Source of the DNA: Azolla caroliniana
Lineage: Eukaryota > Plantae > Polypodiophyta
Length of the DNA stretch: 64,000 bases
Assembly: GCA_043228905.1 (NCBI GenBank)
Contig: JBHGNT010000003.1
Location: 18,724,001-18,788,000, forward strand
Direction of reading: 5' to 3'
The notes beneath the pieces are model-generated. The model saw only the letters and a program-made list of their open reading frames with translations, searched no databases and was not told the DNA's origin. This document shows, piece by piece, positions 39,151 to 50,186 of this stretch. Each line of letters opens with the position of its first letter. Positions within the stretch are counted from its first letter, which is position 1. The position numbers and the translations under genes were made by a program.

Positions 39151-40365
39151 GGGGCGCACGAGACACAATGATCTAAACATAGTTTTGGGAACTCCTCAAT
39201 GTGTTTCTATGAACACGTTCGCGTTCACAAGTGGAAGGATTGCGCATAAGTGGAAGGATAAGGAATATTCCGTTTGATTTTGGGGTTTTTTTGCCATTTC
39301 ACAAAACATCTTGATACTAGTATCACATGTTCTCGAAAACTTGATGAAAAAGTTGAAATTTTCACCATTTGGTAAAATTGAAAAATGCCAAATTTGGGTC
39401 AAATATGAAAAGTAACTTGTGGATTTTTAAGGAAAAATGACAGCTAATAAGTTTTTAGATCTTAAGGAAATTGAAAGTACAATACTTCAAAACAATGAAC
39501 ATTTTTATTCCATTCGATAAAATGTTGTCTAAATTTGTTACATATAGTTGTACAACAAATACATTTGGGAGTTATTTGCATGACTATCATCATTCTTTTC
39601 ATAACAATCACTACTATAGATAATATACAATCGTGACTCTTCCTCCTCATTTTCCAATGTACCAATCAAATCATTGTCTTCACCAAATGGTATCTCCAAA
39701 TTGTGTGCAGTAAATCTTCTTCCCCTTCAATTTGAGATATCTTCTAGACTTGCTAATATCTCTTTTATTATGTATATCGTTGTTGTCCTTAAACATCCAA
39801 ATTTTGTGTGTGTAAAGTCATACATAATGATATCCACCTCATTAATGTTAATCATAGATGTATTACAAAGGTTTAATGCATCATCACGTCCAAAACTTTA
39901 CCAATGCCGAATTGGTACCCTAGGTCATGGCCATCTACATGTGTAGCTATTAATATCCCCATCTTGAGTTCTTGCAAGTTTCCTTGTCATCTGAGTTCAT
40001 CCAAAAAACCATAATTTTCATCACAATTCGATATAATAATCTCAAAGTTTGTTTTACTAGATTTAAAAAAAAAAAATAATAATAATTTGTGCTTGAGTTC
40101 ATCTAGAAAACCATAATTGTCATCACAATTCAATATAATGTATTGAGTTCATGCTTAAAGTATTTTTTTCTAATTTGTTTCAATTTTTTTTTCGAATTTT
40201 TATTTATAATTTTAGAAACTTCAAGAGTTAGACCCATGAAGTATGGTCTAGTGGTCTAGTGGTCAAGAGTTAGACCCATGAAGTATTAGGTCATGGGTTC
40301 AAGTCCTACCATATCATGATTTCAATATAGCTAAATTTTTTTAAATGAACAAATCACGCTTTTAA

Positions 40366-40653
40366 ACATGAACTCGATACGCCGTATCGAGTTCATGTAA
40401 CAAATCACGCTTTTAAACATGAACTCGATACGCCGTATCGAGTTCATGTTGAAAAGCTAACGTTTTTACATGAACTCGATACGCCGTATCGAGTTCATGT
40501 TGAAAAGCTAACGTTTTTACATGAACTCGATACGCCGTATCGAGTTCATGTTGAAAAGCTAACGTTTTTACATGAACTCGATACGCCGTATCGAGTTCAT
40601 GTTGAAAAGCTAACGTTTTTACATGAACTCGATACGGCGTATCGAGTTCATGT
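40366..40653. repeat. Six 51-bp tandem units, each with a perfect 33-bp palindrome
   Basis: ACATGAACTCGATACG-(C/G)-CGTATCGAGTTCATGT at 40366, 40417, 40468, 40519, 40570 and 40621. A further copy lies at about 40847-40878. Confidence 0.97.
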
Positions 40654-40921
40654 TAAAAAGCTAATATAGTATTCTTAGTGTTGATAATATTTCTAAAAAT
40701 GATTTTATCTTGTGTTACAATATATGGTCTAATGGTTAGGAGTTGGACCCATGAGCGTAAGGTCATGGGTTTGGGTCCTACCTTACCATGACATGAAACA
40801 AAACTAATATTTTTGCACGAAAAAATCATGCTTTTAAACATGAACTCATGAACTCGATACGGCGTATCGAGTTCATGTTTAAAAGCGTGATTTTTTCATC
40901 TAAAAATGTTAGTTTTCTTCA

Positions 40922-41284
40922 TGTCATGGTAAGGTGAGACTTGAACCCATGACCTAACGTTGCATGGGTCGAGTTCCTAACCATTAAACCATACATTGTA
41001 ATACAAAGAATATTTTCATTTTCAACTACTTTAGCAAGCCTTAGAACACTATCAAAGGAGCCACAAGGCATTATTTCGAACCAAATCGGTTCAACGCCAG
41101 ACTTAAGCCTCTTAGCCTTCATTGTATATTCTTCTCACATAATATATCGCTGTCATCATCATTCCCACTTAGTCCCTCTCTCACTCTCACTCTCTCTCTC
41201 TCTTCTTTTCTCAAGTGTTCTACACCTTCTATTCTTCTTAGTACTAATATTTCTCTCTTAGTACTAATTTCGTCACTGTCTTAG
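40922..41284 (+). mobile_element. Near-complete chromovirus LTR copy inside the foldback element
   Basis: Reverse-complement similarity to LTR 55017-55434 (CCTTAGAACACTAT...CACAAGGCATTATTTCGAACCAAATCGGTTCAACGCCAG...CTTAGTACTAAT...CTGTCTTAG). Confidence 0.85.
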
Positions 41285-43113
41285 AAAGTTTTTTTGTGCT
41301 TTAATAGGTGATGAAAAAACCAGACTTTTTATCACAAGTCGATACAATGTATCGAGTTCATGTTTTAAATTATTATTTTTTCCATAAAAAATAAAAATAA
41401 ATCAAAAAATTTGAAAAAAAATAAAAAATTTTGAAACAAATTGAAAATAAAAAATTTAAAAATTTGAAAAAATTACTTTAAACATGAACTCGATACATTA
41501 TATCGAATTGTGATGAAAAATCTAGTTTTTCTATGAACTCAAGCTTAATTTATAATTTTTATTATTTTTGTTTAATTCGGTAAAAAAACTTTGAACATGA
41601 ACTCAATATATTGTATAGAATTATGATGAAAACTCTATTTTTTACATCAACTCAATACAACATATCGTGTTCATGTTTAAAACTGTTGTTGTTTTTCAAA
41701 TAAAAGAGGTTTTTAAAGATGTATGTTGCACAACAAAATACCTTATGGTAAACATGTGCTTCATTTATTAGATTCAGAAAACCATTAATAATTCTGTTGA
41801 TGGTAACTGAACTTTGCAAATGCCATTACGTCACAAATTTTGAAGGGGAATTCTTATAAGGAAGAACACGATAACATTGTAGATACCCTGATAACTATGT
41901 GTTATGTTCAAATTGATATATTAATGTTCACATCTAAAGTTTGACAGTTTATGAATATCGTCTACATTTTAGGAGTTTTGGATTTATCAAAATTGTTTAT
42001 GAATATTGTCTACATTTCTTGAGTTGTGAATTTATGGATGTTAGTGAGCATTAATTTATAGATGATGACATTAAGGATTGCAATGTTACCTTTTATAGTT
42101 AAAACATTTTCAAGTCTAACAATAGATGTAATCTTAATCTCCTCAAGATGGTGAAACCATTAACCTTAACTTGTGCCTTGAGTTGACCATTGTGATTTTC
42201 TTTAAGTTAACTACATTTCATATCTACAAACCATCAAAATTTAAACATTTATTGAAAAACTATTCCATTTTAGAAATGATCATTTTGAAACTTGTAAATC
42301 TCAAAAAACTAGCAAATTTTTACATGCTATTTAAAACATGTGATACTGGTGTATCAAGTTTTTGAAAATAGTCTAAAATCGCAAGATTATAAAAGGAATC
42401 TATAAGTGGAATGCGCAATCCTTCCACTTGTGAACGCAAACGTGTTTATGATTTTTTTTGTTTGGCCATTCAGAGAGATTTATATGTTTTGGTGATCATG
42501 CATAATATTCTAAATTTAGTTTTGGGAACTCCTCTTGTAATTTTCTTTGGCCATCCAAACTTATATATCTTTTTCATTTTGCACTATTGCTTTTAGCTAT
42601 CCCTTTTTCGTTTGAGAGATATTTAACTACTTTCATTCTCAAATTTTCTTTAATTACCCCATTATGGAACACATAATTAATATCTCAATGACGCCAATTC
42701 CATGGAATTCCCAATGCACCTTCTAACCCTTACATTGACCTCCCAACCCCTGTAACAATAGAACAACTAACACTAATCCCCTCCTTTTCCCCCATTTCCA
42801 CATCCCTCGATCACGACGCTCATCACACTCTCCCATTTCCCATGGTGTTTCATAGAAGACACTCTATCACTATTGATCATCTTCATTTACAAACTCATCA
42901 CTCACAATCCCCTTACAGAAATGCCCTTTCTTTTGTTCAATTGGCCATTTTTTTAACCTCACCTCCGTCATGCATATGGGTACCGCTAGCTCTTTATCCA
43001 CACCTTATGATTCTCGCATGGCTTTTTGGTGACACTTCAATTTCTCCACCATGACTATACTTCTAGAAGTCTTGCTTCCTTTACTCGCCTTCCATTCCCT
43101 TACTCACACTTTT

Positions 43114-43718
43114 TGTTGGGGATAAAGGCCCCAAGGACTCTCCTGTTTTAGTATATTTTTAACCCTTCCATATGAAAGCTCTCTTCAAGAGCTTTCTAGA
43201 CACACTTTATTGTTGAGAAGCAAGGTCAACAAAGCTATGTGATGCTTATTCAGAAATAAGCTATAGTAGCTATTAGCTAGTTAGCTACTAGTGGATATAA
43301 AGGTGAAACAATTATTTAGCTATGCACGACTATTTAGCTACTAACAGCTATTCAGCTACAGACAACTATTTAGCTACAGATAGCTAATTAGTTACTGGCA
43401 ACTAATTAGCTGCATATACAAGTCAGTTATGTACTTAGGTAAAAAGTAAGTAGTAAGTTGTAGTAAGTAGAAAGTAGAAGAGTGAGAGTAGTGCAGAGAG
43501 TAAGAACAGAAAACAGACGAGAGCAAGTTGAGCTCTGCGTGTAATGATGTAGAAGCTTTTTGGACTCCTTCCCCTTCCCTTTTCTGTCTTGAGCACTAAA
43601 CGATCCAGCTCACCACGATCCGATGTGCACACAGAAGAGCCATAGCGCCTTCGTAACATTTACTATATCTTTCGCCCCAATTTGAGGGGTTATAGGCATT
43701 TATATTATTTTTATAACA
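43114..43718. mobile_element. Putative solo LTR
   Basis: TGTTGG...TAACA termini with internal TTAGCTA short repeats. No matching TSD. Confidence 0.45.
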
Positions 43719-44230
43719 TTTGTTCCGTCAAAGTCGAACTCATCCTTGTTCATCCGGCAAGGTCAAAATGGGCCGCTTAGTATTTTGTATATGTGGATGA
43801 CTTGGTCATCAGTAGCGCTGACCTAGAGGAAATCGTATGCATCAAGTCTTAGTTGGCAACATCTTTCAAGATCATGATGGACTTGGGACCTTCACTACTT
43901 TCTCGGGATGGAAGTGATGGGCGTGGAAGGCATATTGATCAACCAAAGGCATTACATGCTAACTATGTTCTTCAAGTTCGACACGACCGATTGTAAGTCC
44001 ATCTCAACTCCTCTTGATAAGAATGTCAAGCTTTGCCACGGATCAAGGCCAGCTTGCGACATGACACGGTTCTGACAAATTGTCGGAAGCTTGATTTACT
44101 TGACCATCACCCATCCGGACCTCAGTTACCTGGTGGGATTGATCAGTCAATTTATGTCACAACCAACATCTGAACATCTTCACTATGTGCATTGGATATT
44201 GCGCTATGTAAGTAGCACGAAGTATCGTGG
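43719..44230 (+). pseudogene. Degenerate copia RT fragment
   Basis: YVDDLVI, LHYFLG and GSLIYLTITHPDLSYLVGLISQFM. Confidence 0.85.
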
Positions 44231-46905
44231 TGTTGGGGACAAGGCCAATGTGGAAGTGCAAGCAACATTCGTGATGAAGAAGAACCTGTGTATGTATCAG
44301 CAAGATAGACACAGAGGGAGAGAGAGAGAGAGAGAGGCACAAAGGAAACGTTATATTCCAAATAGCAATTGTTACAAATGACAACCAACCTTCACTAAAG
44401 GTTATAAAGTCACTTTATATAGTGACTATCCTAGGGCAACTGCCCTTTATGCTATTTATAGAAATAGCCCGAACTTGGGCTGTCCAAAGGGACAGTGTGA
44501 ATACGGCCATTATACACTCGTATTCGACACTCCCCCGTAATGGGCGTATACATGGGTTATCTAAAGAATTACAGGTATATATACAAGGTTTATTGGATAG
44601 ATCGGTTTTATTAGAGTCGGCAAGATCCGAAGATAGAAGATTGAATAGGTCGGGTCGGAAGAGCTAAAGCCGATCCTCAGAGAACCGATGTCGGCGGTCC
44701 GAAACCATCCTGTGTTGTGTGTTCGACTTTAACCGGACCAATTTTTCATTACGCCCATCTGGTGCCGAAGGGACCGGAAACGATCCGCCGAAAGACACTT
44801 GGTCATTCCATCTGCGATATTATCGGTTGTGGATATCTTCTCAAGACCGATTTTCCCTGAAATGACGCAGGCCTGAACGAAGTGATATCGAACGTCGATA
44901 TGCTTTGAGGCGTGGTGGTGAACCGGATTTTTTGACAAAGCAACAACACCCTGATTATCGCTGTAGACAACTGGAGCCGAGTTGGAGTCGACCTGTCGAA
45001 ACATGTGCGCTAGCCGACCTAGCCATAAAGCTTCTTTTGCCGTGTCGGACGCAGCTACATATTCCGGTTCGGTCGTTGAGGTGGCTGTGCACTCCTGAAG
45101 TTTTGACTTCCACGAGATTTCTCCATTGCCGAATTTGAAACAATATCCGGTTGTTGATTTCCGACCGTCCACGCAGCCGGCGAAGTCCGAGTCGGTGTAA
45201 CCGACTACGCTTGAGGTTGAGTTCGGGCCGAAAAGAATGCTGTGGTCTTTTGTGCCAGCTAGATATCTGAACACATGCTTGACTGTGTTCCAGTGCGATC
45301 GACCGGGGTTGTGCATGAATCTGCTGACGACTCCTACGGCGTGAGAAATATCAGGCCGTGTCGCGACCATCGCGTACATGAGGGAGCCGACTGCCGGCGC
45401 ATACGGTACCGACTTCATATCTTCCCCCTCCGGACCGGACGTCGGACAGTCTCGTTGAGATAGCCAAAGGTTGATGGGGAGCGGGGTCGAAGCAGACTTG
45501 GCCGATTGCATATTGAAGCGTTCTAAGACACGTCTGATGTAGTCGGTTTGAGACAAGAAAAGTTGTTGTGTATTGCGATACCGACTAATCTTCATACCAA
45601 GTATGTGTCTTGCCGGACCGAGGTCCTTCATGGAAAACTTCAACCGCAGTTGCCGAATGAGTTTGGTGAGCTCTCCGGCATGCCGACTGGAGAGTAGCAT
45701 GTTGTCCACGTAGATGATGAGGAAGACGGGAGACCCATCTTGAGCTGTTTTGGTGAAGAGACAGTGGTCCTCATCACTCTTTGAGAAGCCGACCGATTGG
45801 ATGAAGTCGTCGAACTTCTTGTACCACTGTCGGGGTGCCTGTTTCTAGCCGTAGAGAATCTTCCTGAGTCGACAGACTAGATGTTCCTGGCCGGATGCCA
45901 CAAAGCCTTTCGGCTGCTCCATATAGATTTCCTCCTGTAGGTCACCGTGGAGGAATGCCGTTTTTACATCTAGCTGAATCAGCTCTAAGTTGTCGGCGGC
46001 CACGACGCCGAGCATGAAACGAAGGGTCGTCATTTTTACCACTGGTGAAAAGATTTGGTCGAAGTCGACGCCATATTCTTGTCGAAATCCCTTTGCAACT
46101 AATCTGGCCTTGTACTTTGGGTTGTTCGAGTCAGACGTCTCTTTTAGTCAATAGACCCACTTACATGGAAGAGCACGTCAATTCTCCGGTAATTCGACTA
46201 AGTCCCAAGTCTTGTTTGCCCGAATGGAGTGCATTTCTGACTCCATCGCCAGATGGCATGTGGCGGAATCGGCAGATGCCGATGCTTCTTCGTAAGACGT
46301 CGGTTCGCCGGCGTCGGTGAAGAAAATTCCGGGAGAGTACCTCTCCGGAGGTTGCGACAGTCTCTCGGATCTGCGAGGTATGACTGAACTGGTCGCACCG
46401 GGTGTCGATGTCGAATGATTGGGGGCCGAGCCATTTGGTTGTGCCGAATCAGTGGATTCGGTGCGAGAGTTGTCGGTTACCCGTGAAACCGATCTCGTGT
46501 TGTAGGCTGGGCCATCATGAAGGGTTGGCACTTAGGAAAATATTACCCTTCGGACTTCAATAGGCTTTTAAGCCGTTTTATGCATAGCCGACTCGTTGAA
46601 CACGACGTTCGAACTGCGGACGATTTGTCTGTGCTCGGGGTCCCAGAGTCGGTACCCGATCTCGCCGTCAGCTCCATATCCAAGAAAAACACATTTTCTT
46701 GACCTTGGTTCGAGTTTCTGGCGGTCGTGTTTCGGTATGAGAGCATACGCCTCGCAACTGAAGATCCTCAGTTTGTCATAAATCGGCTTACTACCGGTCT
46801 ATATTTCTTGAGGTATTTTAAGTCCTAGAGGTCTACTTGGCGACATATTTATTATGTGTACTGCCGTAAGTAGAGCCTTTGCCAAGAAGCCATCCGACAA
46901 TCCGG
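44231..46905 (-). mobile_element. 3' half of a Ty1/copia element (INT end, RT, RH, PPT, 3' LTR 44231-44529)
   Basis: LIQLDVKTAFLHG, IYVDNML, GYTDSDFAG...RKSTTGY...SKHIDVRYHF. PPT CGGGGGAG at 44537-44530. Interrupted within integrase at 46905. Confidence 0.93.
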
Positions 46906-47473
46906 TGTCGTGAAGATTTTCGTCCATAGGCGGAAACTGGGGTGGAAAGTGCAAGTCGGCGGTGTGCAACATGTGCACACGTATACTAGGAAATGGTGTA
47001 TAGAAATAAGAGGAGAAATTTTATCCTACATTGTAAGGTCCCTCCCTCCTTGGGCTATAAAAGGAAGGGAGGGGTCACTTATGAAGGGGTTGCCCATTTT
47101 GCGTATGAGAGGTATACCACTTAGTCTAGAGTTCTTACCGTTTTAGGGTTAGGGTTTCGTTTAGGGTTTTCCTTATTCATCTTCGGTTAGGGTTTTCTCA
47201 TAGTCGTTTGGTGCGGCCCATGCGGCCACCATTGTTGTAATCATTTGTTTGTTTTAATATATCTTGTTGAGTATATTACCTCCGCCGATCTCTCCTTCTA
47301 TGTCGTGATCTTATTCTTTCTTCTTCTCCTCTTGAGCTAAGCTTCCAAACATATTCTTATTCTTTCTCCTCTACTCCTTAGTCCAAGACCCCCGTGGTCC
47401 TGCCCCTTCTACATGCACGCGCGTAACTACGCGACATCTTTGGTGAACCCGACGTGAAGGGCGGCAAGGGAGC

Positions 47474-48622
47474 ATGGAGATGGAAGAAGACTTCGACTTT
47501 GCGGAGATGATGGTGAAGATTGTGATGGAGGCCCGACGGAAGAAGGCGAGGCAAGATGCGGCTCAACAAGCTGTCGAGAGGGTGGTCGATCGAGTTGGCT
47601 GATTCAACGGGGATGAAGTCCCGAGGTTCTTGGAAGCGTACAAAGCCGAGATGATGAGGAGGGGCATGAACGAAGTGATGCAACTAGAATACTTTCGTCG
47701 AGTGGCGGCCGTATCAATGCGCAAAGAGGTCAAGGAGCTTCAAGAAGCTCACGAGTCATGGAAGTCCTTTGAGGGAGCTCTATTGGACGCATACGGATAC
47801 GTGAAACCGGAGTGGGTATGCCGGCAACCCGATGGGGAGCGGTCGGCAACAACGTGGCCCACGAGCGGCGGAGAAGAGAGGGTGGTGAGCGGCTACGCAC
47901 TACCGACGGAAGAGAGCTCGACGCGCGATCAACCGGAGGAGTACGACCTAGAGGCGTTGGTATGGGAGGCGTGCGAGAGTGTGAAGGTGAAGTTCGCAGC
48001 TAAAGAAGGGCTTATTATGGAGTCAGGCCGGAGGCGATCAGAGGATGTGGAGGAAGACGCCTCCCTAAGCGTAGAAGAAGGGGCCTATATGGAGGCTGCG
48101 AGAGCATACAACGGAGACATGGGAGAGGGTGCGGAGCAAGCGACCCTCTTGCCTTGCGGTGAAGGGATGGCCATGGAGGCCGGTAACTACGGATTCGGGA
48201 CATGGCGGCCCGAAACATCGAGTGGGGAGGAGACAAGCGGCGGTTCCGCGACCTTACACACACCGGCCCTAGAGGCTTCGGCGGTCGGCCCGAGTGCCGG
48301 CGTGAGACATAGAGCGACGGGCGGTGGCGGCGGCAAGGCGGGCAACCGAGACGACGAAATGGAAGAGACGGCGACAAGTGTAATCGAGGCTTGCACGATC
48401 GGAGGCGGGGTAGCCGCGGATAACGACGACCAAACGGAGGCGGCTACAGACACAACGAGCGGCGGTGCTAGGTCCCTACCCACACCGGTCCTAGAGGCTC
48501 CGGCGGTTGGCCCAAGTGCCGGCGTGAGACCTAGAGCGATGAGCGGTGGCAGTGGCAAGGTGGGCAACCAAGATGACGACGAGGAGAACGAGGAAGAGAT
48601 AGCCACGGACCACGGCGTCTGA
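47474..48622 (+). pseudogene. Gag-like N-terminus fused to an acidic low-complexity repeat ORF
   Basis: FNGDEVPRFLEAYKAEM...ESWKSFEGALLDAYG, then repeated TP(A/V)LEA(S/P)AVGPSAGVR modules at about 48250, 48475 and 48670. Confidence 0.55.
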
Positions 48623-50186
48623 ACGAAGGTGGCTATGAACATGACATCAGCGAGTAACGGTACCGGGACTTTTCCCACACCTATTCTAGAGACTTCGGCG
48701 GCCGGCCCCGAGAGCCCACGTGAGACCGGAGAGACGGAAGATGGTGGCGGCAAAGCGGGTGACCGAAACGACGACGACGAAGGTCATAGCGGACGGAGGA
48801 GAGACCCCTCGACACCGAGACCGGAGACTACGGCGATTGTGCTCGAATGCCAACATAAGACCGGAGAGAAGGGCGGTGGCCGTGAGGAGGCGTGGCCCGG
48901 AGCGAACACGTACGAAGATGAGGATGCGAGGCCCGAAACGGGCATATACAAGAGGAACGACGAAGAGGTCGGGAGTGGCTAAGAGGAGAGAGTCGGGAAC
49001 CGACCCGACCGGAAGATAAACCGGTCGATAATCTGACACGACCGGAAGACGACGCGGAAGAAGATTGGAGCGGGGTCCGGTCAACCGGGCCCAAACCGAA
49101 GAAGAGCCGGCAAGGCCGGATTTGTTCGGACAAACATGTACTGGCCAGTTACGATTACAGAAGGCAGCCGACCAAACTGGAACTCGATCGGCCGAGACCA
49201 ATCCGGGCGAAGGCTAAGTCGGCATGATTGGAGGTCGAGGCGAACGAGCCACAACACCCGGTGGGAGCCGGTGAGCGCGAGAAGGAGGCCAAGCAAGCAT
49301 GATGACTACGGTTCCGTGGAAGACCGGAAATGAGTGGGACCCTCCCCACCTATTCTAGAGACTTTGGCGGTTGCAGATCAACATAAGACTAGAGAGACGA
49401 CGGGTGGCGGCGAGGAGTCGGAGACCGGAACGGACGAGGCTACCGGAACGGGTACCCGGTGACGGACGAGCACGGCCAGGAGGACCAAATGGAGACGGAA
49501 GAGTGTACGACAACGAAGGGCGAAGAGACCGACGCGGAGGTCGGGTCTACGGTGGATGAGGCGCGTAATACGAAGTATGCACTACAACGTAAAACAGAGC
49601 ATGCATGCACTACGGCCGACGAAGGGCCAAGAAGCAAGCATGCAGCCGGAAGAGCGGCAATGAGTCGCCGGCAACGGCTGACCGGTCGAGCCTTTGAAAG
49701 GCAAGCACGCTGCAAGAGACGGAGCGGTGAGTTGCCGGGATCGGCGGATGGACGACGAGAGCGGAGGATGGTGCGCGGAGAGCAAAGAGTTATGCACCGG
49801 GGAGAGAAAAAGCAACGTCATGGAGGACATGCGGGGCTAAGCGGGCCAAGAGGATGCGAGTCAGGATGAAGCGGTAACGAGAGCCGCGAAGAACCCCGAC
49901 ACAAAGGTCGGGATGACGATACGCTCTACTCCGAGAGAGCACAGAGAGCAAGGGAGAATCGAGGTGCTCGTAATGGGGTCACCTAAGGACCAAAGAATAA
50001 GCATGCATTCGGAGGAGCCGCAACGAGTGACCGACGATGACGGTCAGAGGAAGCCTTCGAGAGGCAAGCGCGGGACGACGGACGGTGTGACGAGACGCCA
50101 AGATCGACGGAACGAGACGAGAGTGATCAGCATGAACAAAGGATTGTGTCTGGGAAAACGGAGGGGATGCGTGGAGAACGGAGGGT

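Larger units (their letters stand above)
39212..42446. mobile_element. Non-autonomous foldback/TIR DNA transposon, 3235 bp
   Basis: 36-bp TIRs at 39212-39247 and 42411-42446 match at 35/36. Flanked by TATG at 39208-39211 and 42447-42450. Long degenerate internal inverted arms. No transposase ORF. Confidence 0.85.

Noticed and set aside
40366-40653. CRISPR-like array (palindromic 33-bp repeats with regular spacing)
   Set aside because: Linkers are only 18 bp and mostly identical, there are no cas genes, and the context is a eukaryotic transposon.
39173-42534. Direct repeat TAGTTTTGGGAACTCCTC on both sides of the foldback element as a long TSD
   Set aside because: The copies are not adjacent to the TIRs (14 bp and about 70 bp away). 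They are better explained as a pre-existing short repeat in the target sequence.
47140-47195. Interstitial telomere (TTTAGGG/TTAGGG runs; also 56250-56305)
   Set aside because: Only about four scattered units, present in both LTRs. These are telo-box-like LTR content, not a telomere remnant.
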